Assembly (NCBI GenBank): GCA_036507075.1
Contig: DASXQR010000212.1
Span: 1-43,005 of the forward strand
DNA from: Acidobacteriota bacterium
GTDB lineage: Bacteria > Acidobacteriota > UBA6911 > JACQSX01
DNA: 43,005 nt
Reading direction: 5' to 3'
Every line of letters starts with the position of its first letter. Position 1 is the first letter of the stretch. The position numbers were made by a program, and so were the translations under genes. This document shows positions 29,960 through 38,235 of this stretch, piece by piece. The notes under the pieces are model-generated. The model did no database searches. It saw only the letters and a program-made list of their open reading frames with translations, and was not told where the DNA came from.

Positions 29960-30507
29960 GTCGCTTCCAGAGCCTTGGCATTCATTCTTGGCCGAGTTGG
30001 ACTCAAAAATGTCCGCCAAAGTCGAGCTTCACTGCCTCGGTGGCTTTGTCGTAACAATGCAGTACGGACTGACAAGACCGACAAACGACATCGATATCTT
30101 CAGTATTTTGCCACCCGACCAGGTTCAACCAATTTTGACACTGGCCGGTCAGCATTCTCCGTTGCACAAGAAGCATCGAGTTTACCTGCAACTAGTTAGT
30201 GGCAGTGGCGACCGCGCCCGAGAACTACGCGTCCAGACTGATAGAACTGATCGCCGGCGTGTTCCAACGCATTCGTTTGCTTGCTTTGGATCCTTATGAC
30301 CTTGCGCTCACGAAATTGGAGAGGAATTCTCAACGTGACCGCGACGATATCAAGCACCTTGCTCGAGCTGTTCCGCTTGACATCACTATGCTACGCGAAC
30401 GATACGAAGCGGAACTCCGCCCGTATCTCGGTAATCCTGAAAAGCACGACCTCACACTCCATCTTTGGATCGAAATGATTGAAGAGCAACGCTTGCGAAC
30501 GAGCTGA
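29949..30507 (+). pseudogene. DUF6036-like nucleotidyltransferase, frameshifted near 30197
   Basis: LGGFVV..RPTNDIDI in first ORF; DPYDLALTKLERNSQRDRDD in second. Confidence 0.8.
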
Positions 30508-30557
30508 ACGCGAAACTCACACTGGTGCCGGCGCCAGCGGGTCGCGCTCGTCCGGTG

Positions 30558-30683
30558 AGCATGGTGCAGGTTCAAGCCGCAAGGAACCAAAAGGCCGTTA
30601 AACACCTCCTGAAATCCGCGCGGTTGGGAACTGGTGATAGCGAATCCATTGTCCTTGCAACCGAGCTCCAGGCTGCAATCGTG
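30558..30683 (+). pseudogene. DUF3368-type PIN internal fragment
   Basis: LGTGDSESIVLATELQA resembles the LGxGExEAIxLAxE motif. Confidence 0.5.
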
Positions 30684-30738
30684 CGTAGTTGCATACTGAT
30701 GGGCGAAGAGTTATCGTGTTGACAGAGGAGTATCTTTA

Positions 30739-30969
30739 ATGTCATCCAGGACAATCGCGACCGCGCTAAGAATGCTGAAGTCTCTGCCCGAATCTTTGCA
30801 GGATCAAGCGGTCGAGCATCTCCGAGAGTACATCAAGGTAATGCAAGACGAGCTGGAATGGGATCGTCAGTTCAAGAAATCGAAAAACGAACTTGTGGTG
30901 GCGGCACGACGCGCCAAGAAGGGCATCGCCGCAGGTCGCTCGAAATCGATGGACCATGACCGCTTGTGA
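30739..30969 (+). CDS. Putative antitoxin
   Basis: AGGAG RBS; DELEWDRQF; 4-bp overlap with RelE/ParE-like gene. Confidence 0.75.
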   Translation: MSSRTIATALRMLKSLPESLQDQAVEHLREYIKVMQDELEWDRQFKKSKNELVVAARRAKKGIAAGRSKSMDHDRL

Positions 30970-31130
30970 AATCTGCCACACTCCCGTCGTTTTGGAAGGC
31001 ATACCGGGTACTGGACGATGACACCAAGCGGAGGGCACGAAAGGCTTTCCGATTATGGGCAGAAAATCCTTTTCATCCTTCGTTGCTCTTCAAATGCATC
31101 AATCCTGAGGAAGATATCTGGTCGGCGCGG
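30966..31130 (+). pseudogene. RelE/ParE-like toxin, 3' truncated
   Basis: SFWKAYRVL..ARKAFRLWAENPFHPSLLFK..IWSAR then similarity stops. Confidence 0.75.
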
Positions 31131-31154
31131 CGCGCTCGACGAGGATCCCGTTCG

Positions 31155-31525
31155 CGGCGCCTCGCGCCAGGCTGTTTCGACATCTTTCTCCCAGAGAAAA
31201 ACCTTCACCAGATCCGAGTGATCTGCTGGTGCGAACCACCACTGCTTCTTCGGCGAATCTCGCTTCGCTTTCATGCTCTTCTCACGCATGCAGGCAAGAG
31301 CCCTTTCCCGTCAGACGGACCATTGGCCGATGCGGTCCGCGTGGCTCTTCAGGTTCTGGTACCGTTCCAGGTGGGTTGAGTCCATAAACTCAGCCCAGAT
31401 GAGCGCCATCGTCTCGTCGGGGCGCTTGCGGCGATGGTACTCTTCGGCGACAAACTGACGGAGACGGGGGTCTGCTCGCTGCGAAAAGGCTTTCAGCCCT
31501 TGCTCGGCCCAATCCAGCGCGAGAA
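31155..31525 (-). pseudogene. Internal fragment of a helical-repeat protein (SWIM-finger-associated type)
   Basis: ALDWAEQGLKAF..DPRLRQFVAEEYHR / DHSDLVKVFLWEKDVETAWREA in two frames. Confidence 0.5.
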
Positions 31526-31684
31526 CGAACGCACACCGGCTAAGCGGCGCAGCGTCTTGCGATCCAGCATCAATGCGAGTGTCATAGGTTCGTTCTTCAT
31601 TCAGGCACAAGATCATCAATCATCTGCAGTCGCCTTATGTCGTCGTTTGTAAGCCGTGGCAATATGGGATTCCAGAATTTAGCC

Positions 31685-31717
31685 GCGAATTGACACGAAT
31701 TGCACGAATTTCACGAA
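31685..31717 (-). repeat. Nonamer array R9
   Basis: GCGAATTGACACGAATTGCACGAATTTCACGAA. Confidence 0.8.
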
Positions 31718-31952
31718 CCCGGGGCAAACATGACCTGAAGTTCGGTTCGTAGGCTGATCATCCTGTCCTTGTTCCCTGTTCTTCTTTCTCTTACCAGCTC
31801 AGCGATACTCGCGATCTACCCCGCGTCGCCACGAATCGCCGCTTTTCACATCGAAGTGGTCACAAAAGTGGTTACAGTGAAACAACGCCTAACGGTTCCC
31901 ATGGCATTCAACCATCAGCGAGGTGTCGCCGCAGTCGGTGACTCCATCTGGA

Positions 31953-32447
31953 TCATTCAACCGCGTATCCAAGTGCTCGTGCGTTGTCCCGGACACGGGC
32001 GTCCCGCGTCACGAAGGTCACCAGCGGCGGCGGTTCGCCGAGCAACTCCGCAGTTGCCAAGTGCACCGCGTCAAGCGTGCGAATGGGTTCGACAGGAAAC
32101 GGCCGGCGGACGCGAGCGAGCACAGCGTCCGTCACACCCACGACGTAAGAGCGACGTTCAAACCGTCCCAGAGCACGCACCACCGCACGTTCTTCATCGG
32201 CCGTCAACCGTGCGCCAGCTCGGGCACGCAGAATCGCTCGTGCTGCCTCCGCAATTGTCAACGCGGATGTAACGTGACGGCCCTTGGTTCGCACCGACTT
32301 TAGAGCCGCAGCATCACGTTCAAGCAGCGCTGCAACCAGCGCGCTGGACTCGATATATCGAATACCTGTAATTGCACCCTCGGGAGGTAGAGCAGGTGTG
32401 GCTGCGGGCCGCCCTGGCCGCGAGGTTCTGGCGCTACGCTTCGCCAC
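31953..32447 (-). CDS. vapC: PIN-domain toxin (VapC family)
   Basis: YIESSALV, SALTIAE, IRTLDAVHLATA, FVTRD. Confidence 0.85.
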   Translation of the reverse strand: MAKRSARTSRPGRPAATPALPPEGAITGIRYIESSALVAALLERDAAALKSVRTKGRHVTSALTIAEAARAILRARAGARLTADEERAVVRALGRFERRSYVVGVTDAVLARVRRPFPVEPIRTLDAVHLATAELLGEPPPLVTFVTRDARVRDNARALGYAVE

Positions 32448-32724
32448 GATCCGCGTCGATCAGTTCTGTGGCAGTCCCTCGCGGAAGCCGAATATCCGGC
32501 CAATCCTCTGTCGGGTCACCCGCCTCGAGTGGCGGTCGAATCACCCCGGCTGCGATCAGCTCGTCAAAGCGGCTTGGCCCGCCGCCCTTCGTCTCCGTGC
32601 CGGGAGGAACGAGTTCGGCCACCACTCGGCCATGCGCGGTAATGACGATACGTTCGCCTGCCTCAATCCGTCGTATGAAGCGACTCAAGTTGTCTTTGAG
32701 TTCACGAATACCAGTGGATGTCAT
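32434..32724 (-). CDS. Phd/YefM family antitoxin
   Basis: GIRELKDNLSRFIRRIEAGERIVITAHGRVVAELVP. Confidence 0.9.
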   Translation of the reverse strand: MTSTGIRELKDNLSRFIRRIEAGERIVITAHGRVVAELVPPGTETKGGGPSRFDELIAAGVIRPPLEAGDPTEDWPDIRLPRGTATELIDADRGEA

Positions 32725-32769
32725 GTAGAGAATTATAGCTACATATGGCCACATTAGCAAACCGGTCAC

Positions 32770-32923
32770 GGGGCGGTCGGAGCATATGGAAGGCTTCGGT
32801 TAGAACGGGTACGGTCGTGCGAAGAGGCTCTCTGACCTTCTTCAAAACTCTGCGACATCGTTCATGGCGGCTGTCCTTGGGGTCGAACAGCGCCACCAGC
32901 GGTGCAGTGTCGACCAGGATCAT
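32770..32923 (-). pseudogene. Truncated PIN toxin, homolog of 5708-6130
   Basis: MILVDTAPLVALFD..TTVPVLTEAFHML then replaced by the next module's promoter region. Confidence 0.82.
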
Positions 32924-33180
32924 CGATGAAGTTTTTTGCTCACAGCCTGCCGGACGGCGCGCCTGCTCTCGCTGGATGAAGCTATCGCATATCCCCCAGT
33001 ACCGAGATCAAGTTCCTGGTAGATGGCATAGGGCCTGCGGACGGCTTGCCGCCTGACCTCGTTCTGGAGAGACCGCAAGCCACGCTTTAGAGCCTCCGAT
33101 ATCGGCAAGCCCGTTGCTTCGCGGACCTCTCTTAACGCACCTTCCGCTTCCTCGTCCAGCCTCACTGTGCGCGTTGCCAT
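32920..33180 (-). CDS. RHH-like antitoxin
   Basis: MATRTVRLD..ISEALKRGL; 4-bp overlap with PIN fragment. Confidence 0.8.
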   Translation of the reverse strand: MATRTVRLDEEAEGALREVREATGLPISEALKRGLRSLQNEVRRQAVRRPYAIYQELDLGTGGYAIASSSESRRAVRQAVSKKLHR

Positions 33181-33346
33181 GATGTATTACGCATCGTAAG
33201 ACAACTCCCCCTCTTGGGGCAAGGGCGCAAACCAAGCGTTGGGTCCGCGCGATACAACTCCCAGCAATTCACGCGTGTGCATTTTGTTTTCACTGAAAAA
33301 GGAGAAGCTAAACCAGCGCTCATTTCAGTTTTTCCCATTTTTCAGC

Positions 33347-33372
33347 CACGAATTAACACGAATTACACGAAT
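33347..33372 (-). repeat. Nonamer array R10
   Basis: CACGAATTAACACGAATTACACGAAT. Confidence 0.8.
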
Positions 33373-33389
33373 CGGACCAATCCAAAAAA

Positions 33390-33833
33390 TCATTTCAGGA
33401 ATTCGAGGTCATCTTTATCGCGATTCCTTCCGACAGCCAGTTTGTTTTTTATCAGTGCCTCTCTCCCTATTATCGGCACCTGACCGGTGTGCTCAAATTC
33501 AACCTGGACTGCAGAACTCCAGGCTTCGGCAAAGCTGACTGCATCAATTTGATTGATCAGATCGATTCGGCTGGGCGGCACTCCCAGTTGCACGATTCGC
33601 CCCGGCAAAAGCAGCTCCTCCTCAGTGAGATCGAACTGAGTCTCCAGAAAAGTGTCAAGTGCGCTTCTCAGTCGGATCACATTTCCACGCGTTGGCTCAT
33701 AAAAGACGTCCAGGTCGCCGGTTGTACGGGGATAACCATGATGGATAACGGCAATTCCTCCGATCAGCACGAAGTGGACCTTTTGTTCGATGAGAATGCG
33801 CAGGAAATCACGCCAGTCCGCGGGAAGGTCCAT
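33390..33833 (-). CDS. Nucleotidyltransferase (DUF6036-like)
   Basis: IGGIAVIHHGYPRTTGDLD, LIKNKLAVGRNRDKDDL. Confidence 0.85.
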   Translation of the reverse strand: MDLPADWRDFLRILIEQKVHFVLIGGIAVIHHGYPRTTGDLDVFYEPTRGNVIRLRSALDTFLETQFDLTEEELLLPGRIVQLGVPPSRIDLINQIDAVSFAEAWSSAVQVEFEHTGQVPIIGREALIKNKLAVGRNRDKDDLEFLK

Positions 33834-33834
33834 C

Positions 33835-34035
33835 TCAGGTGGAAGGTTTCATGTATCTGATTGAGACTGTGGTCTTCGCTGAGCGCCATTTTTCAGGAGG
33901 CCCGAAGACACGGTGCTGGAGCTGAACGAAGATCTGAAAGCGCTCTTCCGGTGTGAGCGAGCGGTAATACTGAATTTCCTCGAGACGCTGCTCGGCGTGA
34001 GAGTGAAACTTGCGAACCTGTAAGCGCGCCATCAA
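33835..34035 (-). CDS. Small hypothetical partner protein
   Basis: YYRSLTPEERF motif; 1 bp from nucleotidyltransferase start. Confidence 0.7.
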   Translation of the reverse strand: MMARLQVRKFHSHAEQRLEEIQYYRSLTPEERFQIFVQLQHRVFGPPEKWRSAKTTVSIRYMKPST

Positions 34036-34168
34036 GGGGTTACCGAACCGGTTTTTTATATTCTAACATATTGCATCCGTACAGGTTATCCGGAACATCA
34101 TGGAGCATTGATCTGGAGCGGAAGGGCCGGCCGATTTTGGCGCAAAATAGTGAAGCCAGCAAGAGTTC

Positions 34169-34465
34169 TCACCAGACTTTGCGAAGGTTTTCTAATCCTG
34201 CCAGGTAATCTTCCTTCTCGAGGTTGCACTTGATTCCGTATTCCGCAAGTGTGGTCATCATCTGTCCAACAGAAAGACCGGCCAGCTCTGCAGCTTTGCC
34301 CAGAGAAACTTCTCCATTTCTATAGCTTTCCATAGCCAGCATGACACGGCCTTTATCAACAAGCTCTCTTACAGCCTTCGACAAATCTCCCTTCCCTTCA
34401 CGCCAGAGCTGATTCAGGAAATCGAAATTGTCCTCGTCCATCCTTATGCTCATTGTTTTTGTCAT
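34169..34465 (-). CDS. UPF0175 family protein (orphan antitoxin)
   Basis: YRNGEVSLGKAAELAGLS..LAEYGI. Confidence 0.82.
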   Translation of the reverse strand: MTKTMSIRMDEDNFDFLNQLWREGKGDLSKAVRELVDKGRVMLAMESYRNGEVSLGKAAELAGLSVGQMMTTLAEYGIKCNLEKEDYLAGLENLRKVW

Positions 34466-35813
34466 CGGATTGCCTCCAAACGCGCTCTTGCGGCCGACAA
34501 GAGTTCGGTGCCATACCGCCCGTGTCGTTGCAGCCTGCTTCAGGCGCCTCACACTGATACGCTTTTCCCGTATCGCTTTCTCGATCAAAAGAGCATCCGG
34601 ATATGGAGGGATGAAAAGGTCTCGCGTTCGGCGGCTTGTTGTTCTGAGAAGTCGATGCCCCGAAGTGGACGAACAGCGCCACGGCCACGAGCGTCAGGGC
34701 GACGGCCGAGGCCACTGCGATCAGGAAGCCGCGTTGGATCGTGGTCCGTTTCGCATAGGCTCCGATGAGGGCGGGAATGCCGGTCCATCCTACCGCGGCG
34801 ATGGCAAAGAAAAGACCGATTGCCCGCCCGCGCACTTCGATGGGGAAATGCACCAGCAGCAGAGCCAGAATGGTTGGAAATATCGGCCCGAAAATCAGTC
34901 CCGCCGCGGCCACAGTAATTTTGGCTGTCCGTGCACTCCGGGTGAAGGCGACCGTCGCCATGACATCCATGCAGAGCACCGACAGCACCAGGATCAGCAG
35001 CGTTTCCTTTCCTGCCGGTAAGGTGAACGCAGTGATCAGGCGGGTGATCATGTAGCAAAGCCAGAATACGGAGAGCCAGCGCAGCGCTGTCGCTTCGGCC
35101 ACTCCTCGCCCGACAAGGAAAGTGGTAGACCATGCGCCCATGGCCGCTTCCAGGGGACTGTAAAAGAAAAATCCCAGTGCGCAAAGCCAGAGCACGGGAT
35201 CTGTCAGCAGGCCGATCACAACCGACTCCGGAGAGGCCTGGGTCGTGAGGACGGCTGTGGCGGGAAGGCGGGCGGAAAAGTCCACTGCAAGAGCCAGGAT
35301 GCCGGGAATCAGAGATGCCAGTCCGAGACCGGACAGAATCAGCGGGATGTCTCTTTTACGAAGCAGTACCGACAGCGCGATCGGTGTAAGGAAGGCACCC
35401 ATGCCGAAAACGAAATTGGACAGGTTGGTTGCATAAGTCATGCTGCCGCCGAAGGCCGTCGGAACGATGACGTTGACTGTGTTGACAATTGCGGACCAGG
35501 CGCTCCCCAGAAGCAAAATGGCGATAAAAGCAGTCACATAGATCCGGGCCCGCGCGAGCGTGAACAGCCCCACCCCCAATAGAAAACTTCCACCCACAAT
35601 CACCATCTGCACGCCGAAGTGATCGGTCAGAAACCCGCTGATCAGGATCATCGGGATGATGGTGAAACCAAACGCCGAGACCAGGCCACCCACGCGAGCC
35701 TCGTCGATTTGCAGGCGACGGGCCAGCGGGAGTTTGATACTTCCCACAAGCGCCACCGCCATTCCAGAAATCAGAAGGAGCCCGATGGTCATGGGCTGCA
35801 AGAGTCTGTCCAT
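34398..35813 (-). CDS. MFS transporter
   Basis: About 12 hydrophobic segments, GFLTDHFG, GPIFPT; the last ~80 aa look like read-through. Confidence 0.88.
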   Translation of the reverse strand: MDRLLQPMTIGLLLISGMAVALVGSIKLPLARRLQIDEARVGGLVSAFGFTIIPMILISGFLTDHFGVQMVIVGGSFLLGVGLFTLARARIYVTAFIAILLLGSAWSAIVNTVNVIVPTAFGGSMTYATNLSNFVFGMGAFLTPIALSVLLRKRDIPLILSGLGLASLIPGILALAVDFSARLPATAVLTTQASPESVVIGLLTDPVLWLCALGFFFYSPLEAAMGAWSTTFLVGRGVAEATALRWLSVFWLCYMITRLITAFTLPAGKETLLILVLSVLCMDVMATVAFTRSARTAKITVAAAGLIFGPIFPTILALLLVHFPIEVRGRAIGLFFAIAAVGWTGIPALIGAYAKRTTIQRGFLIAVASAVALTLVAVALFVHFGASTSQNNKPPNARPFHPSISGCSFDRESDTGKAYQCEAPEAGCNDTGGMAPNSCRPQERVWRQSDDKNNEHKDGRGQFRFPESALA

Positions 35814-35852
35814 TTTTTTGTGCGCCTATTTCTCCCTTTGCGCGCCGCCCCC

Positions 35853-36046
35853 GCGTTCGGGCTCTGAAGTCACGATTGAAGTGCGGCTCTTCAGGGTCCC
35901 TCACTGCGTTCGGGCTCTGAAGTCAGGATCGAAGTGCGGCCCTACGGAGCGCGAACGAAGTGACGACCCTGAAGTCAGGATCAAAGTGCGGCCCTACAGT
36001 GCGCGAACGCCGGTCGAGCGCCCCCCGCCGAGAACGACCCTGAAGG
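35853..36046. repeat. ~53-bp periodic REP/BIME-like cluster
   Basis: CTGAAGTCAGGATCGAAGTGCGGCCCT-like core at 35864, 35917, 35969 with GCGTTCG/CGAACG spacers. Confidence 0.8.
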
Positions 36047-36129
36047 CGTCGAAGGAAACGCGGCAGCAATCGAACGTCAGTGTTCTCGTCAAACGCCGGG
36101 ACCGCCCGCCTGGTCGCCATCCCTGCCAA

Positions 36130-37860
36130 CTAAAGCCGCGGTTGGGGCGGTTTCATGGGATTCCAGACCCCCGCCCCGCGACGCTTCACTGGCCGCCTGT
36201 AGACTTTGTCGCCATCCGTTACATACAACCACTGCATGTTGGGACCGCCAAAGAAAACATCAGACACGCCCTCGCTGCGGGGCGGGCTGATGATCGCCGT
36301 CACGCGGCCCGGCTGATCGCATACCTGCACGCCCAGCTTGGTAGCGACGTAGAGAAAACCTTCCGTATCGAACACCATTCCCCCGGCCTGGGTCTCAGAG
36401 GACTCGTCGGGCGTTTCCAGGCGATAGAAAGGCTGTCCGTTGATCAGCGATCCATCACGCTGGATCTGAAACGACCACACCCATCTCGTGTGCGGGTCAT
36501 TGACCGCGAGCAGCGACTGGTCGGTGGAAGCGCGCACGCCCCGCGGCCAGTCGATGCCGTCATGGACTACGCGCTTGTTTCCGGACGCGTCAACCAACCA
36601 GACATGATGAGCCGGCGCCTCGCTAAAATAAAGCTCATTGCGCGCCGTTACCGTGAGGTGATGCGATTGTACGCCCTCCGCTATGACCGATTCTTTGCCG
36701 TCGGTCGAGAAGGCGACGATCCTCTTGCGGTCGTGCTGGCCGGCGTACAACCGGCCATCCGGACCGAACGCAATTCCGTGCGCGCCATTGCTGCCTTCTT
36801 TCCAGACTGTGATCTTGCCGTTGCCATCGATCTTGAGAATCCGGTTGCGTCGATTGTCCGTGAAATAGACGTTGCCGTCCTTGTCCACCGTGGAGTCTGC
36901 GGTAAGGTGATAGCCCTGTCCAAGTAATTCCCAGTCTTTGCCCGGCTCCAGTATGTTGTACACGCCACGATCATTTACCTTTTCCGGCCGGGTGACGGGT
37001 TTTGGATAATCCTTCCAAACCCACCGAAGAGCGTCCGGAAGGATAGCGCCGCCATGTTTGGCATTGTGGCCCTCGGTCCCGATCACAAAGTTGCTTTCGT
37101 AGCCCGCGTACTGAAGCGCGGAAAAGATTTCCTGGTTGCCGAGAAACCAATTGCCTGAGTAGATATCCTGATCCTTGCTGCCATCTTGCAGGAAGACGCG
37201 CAACGGTTTGGGCTCGCTCTTGCGGATCAGGGACGCCAGCGTGTCGCCGCCGCGTAAATTCGTGTAACTCCCGATGAAGCTGACGACCCGATGAAAAACA
37301 TCCGGCCGGTTCCACGCGGCGTTGAATGCCGCAATACCGCCGGAGCTCGATCCCGCGATGGCGTAATCGTTCGCATCTTTCGATATGTTGTAATGCTTCG
37401 AGACTTCGGGCAGGATTTCCTGGGTCAGGAAACTTGCGTAGCGGGCGCCCAGGGCGTCGTACTCGTAACTGCGGTTGTAGCGGTTCTGCTGGTTGGGAGA
37501 AGCCGACAAAAGCACTCCGGGATTGATGAAGATGCCGATGGTTACCGGCAGTTCGCCCTTGTGAATCAGGTTATCAAAAACGATCGGCACGCGCCAGCCG
37601 CCGGTTTCCGTCACCATACCGCCGCCGTCCTGAAAGATCATCACACAAGCGGCCTTTTGTGGGTCATATTGGGCCGGAACATAGATCCAGTAGTCGCGCA
37701 CCGTGCCTGGATAGATGCTGCTGGGCCAGCTTTGCTGCGTGACAGTGCCCTTGGGGAGGCCCGGCTGCCGCTGGGAATCCGGGCCGAGGACGTAGTCCTC
37801 TGCGTAGATCTGCGCCACCGAGACAACAACCAGGAAAGCGAAAATAGAGATCCTGCGCAT
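36130..37860 (-). CDS. Secreted esterase (Fes-like alpha/beta hydrolase) + SMP-30/gluconolactonase fusion
   Basis: Signal peptide, YWIYVPAQY, GSSSGG nucleophile elbow, beta-propeller repeats. Confidence 0.88.
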   Translation of the reverse strand: MRRISIFAFLVVVSVAQIYAEDYVLGPDSQRQPGLPKGTVTQQSWPSSIYPGTVRDYWIYVPAQYDPQKAACVMIFQDGGGMVTETGGWRVPIVFDNLIHKGELPVTIGIFINPGVLLSASPNQQNRYNRSYEYDALGARYASFLTQEILPEVSKHYNISKDANDYAIAGSSSGGIAAFNAAWNRPDVFHRVVSFIGSYTNLRGGDTLASLIRKSEPKPLRVFLQDGSKDQDIYSGNWFLGNQEIFSALQYAGYESNFVIGTEGHNAKHGGAILPDALRWVWKDYPKPVTRPEKVNDRGVYNILEPGKDWELLGQGYHLTADSTVDKDGNVYFTDNRRNRILKIDGNGKITVWKEGSNGAHGIAFGPDGRLYAGQHDRKRIVAFSTDGKESVIAEGVQSHHLTVTARNELYFSEAPAHHVWLVDASGNKRVVHDGIDWPRGVRASTDQSLLAVNDPHTRWVWSFQIQRDGSLINGQPFYRLETPDESSETQAGGMVFDTEGFLYVATKLGVQVCDQPGRVTAIISPPRSEGVSDVFFGGPNMQWLYVTDGDKVYRRPVKRRGAGVWNPMKPPQPRL

Positions 37861-37921
37861 ATCAACAGCATTCTACAGCTAATCGTCGCGGCCAGTCCGG
37901 ACTTCACCACAGGGACACAGC

Positions 37922-37977
37922 CCGGCCGCAGGCCGCAACCAAGTCGAGGAGAGACGGCCTGAGGGCCGTCTCTCTCC
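37922..37977. repeat. Short intergenic repeat and hairpin
   Basis: CGGCCGCAGGCCGCAACCAA followed by GAGAGACGGCC-TGAG-GGCCGTCTCTC. Confidence 0.65.
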
Positions 37978-37988
37978 GGTGTCCTGCT

Positions 37989-38090
37989 CGCCAGAAGCAA
38001 CATCACAAGAGAACGTCCTTTCGGGATGAGCTGCTGCAACTACTGGAGAAGCACCGGGTGCAGTACGACGAGCGGTATCTTTGGGACTGA
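37989..38090 (+). mobile_element. tnpA: IS200/IS605 TnpA (Y1) C-terminal remnant
   Basis: RQKQHHKRTSFRDELLQLLEKHRVQYDERYLWD*. Confidence 0.75.
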
Positions 38091-38116
38091 GGTACCGATG
38101 CCTGCCGAAGCTAATG

Positions 38117-38185
38117 GGACCGCTTGCGCGGTCCCGACGATATTGGGGATCGTTGACCGGGGGTGCCCGGACCGCGAAGCGGTCT
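38117..38185. repeat. Inverted REP-like doublet downstream of tnpA remnant
   Basis: GGGACCGCTTGCGCGGTCCC and GGACCGCGAAGCGGTC hairpins. Confidence 0.7.
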
Positions 38186-38235
38186 AGGTCCAAAAATGTG
38201 GCAGGCACGCAGCAATGCCTAAGGCTCACGCTGGA

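Noticed and set aside
37257..37270. AAATTCGTGTAACT inside the esterase gene as an eleventh repeat array
   Set aside because: Single unit within conserved coding sequence (SYTNL); likely chance
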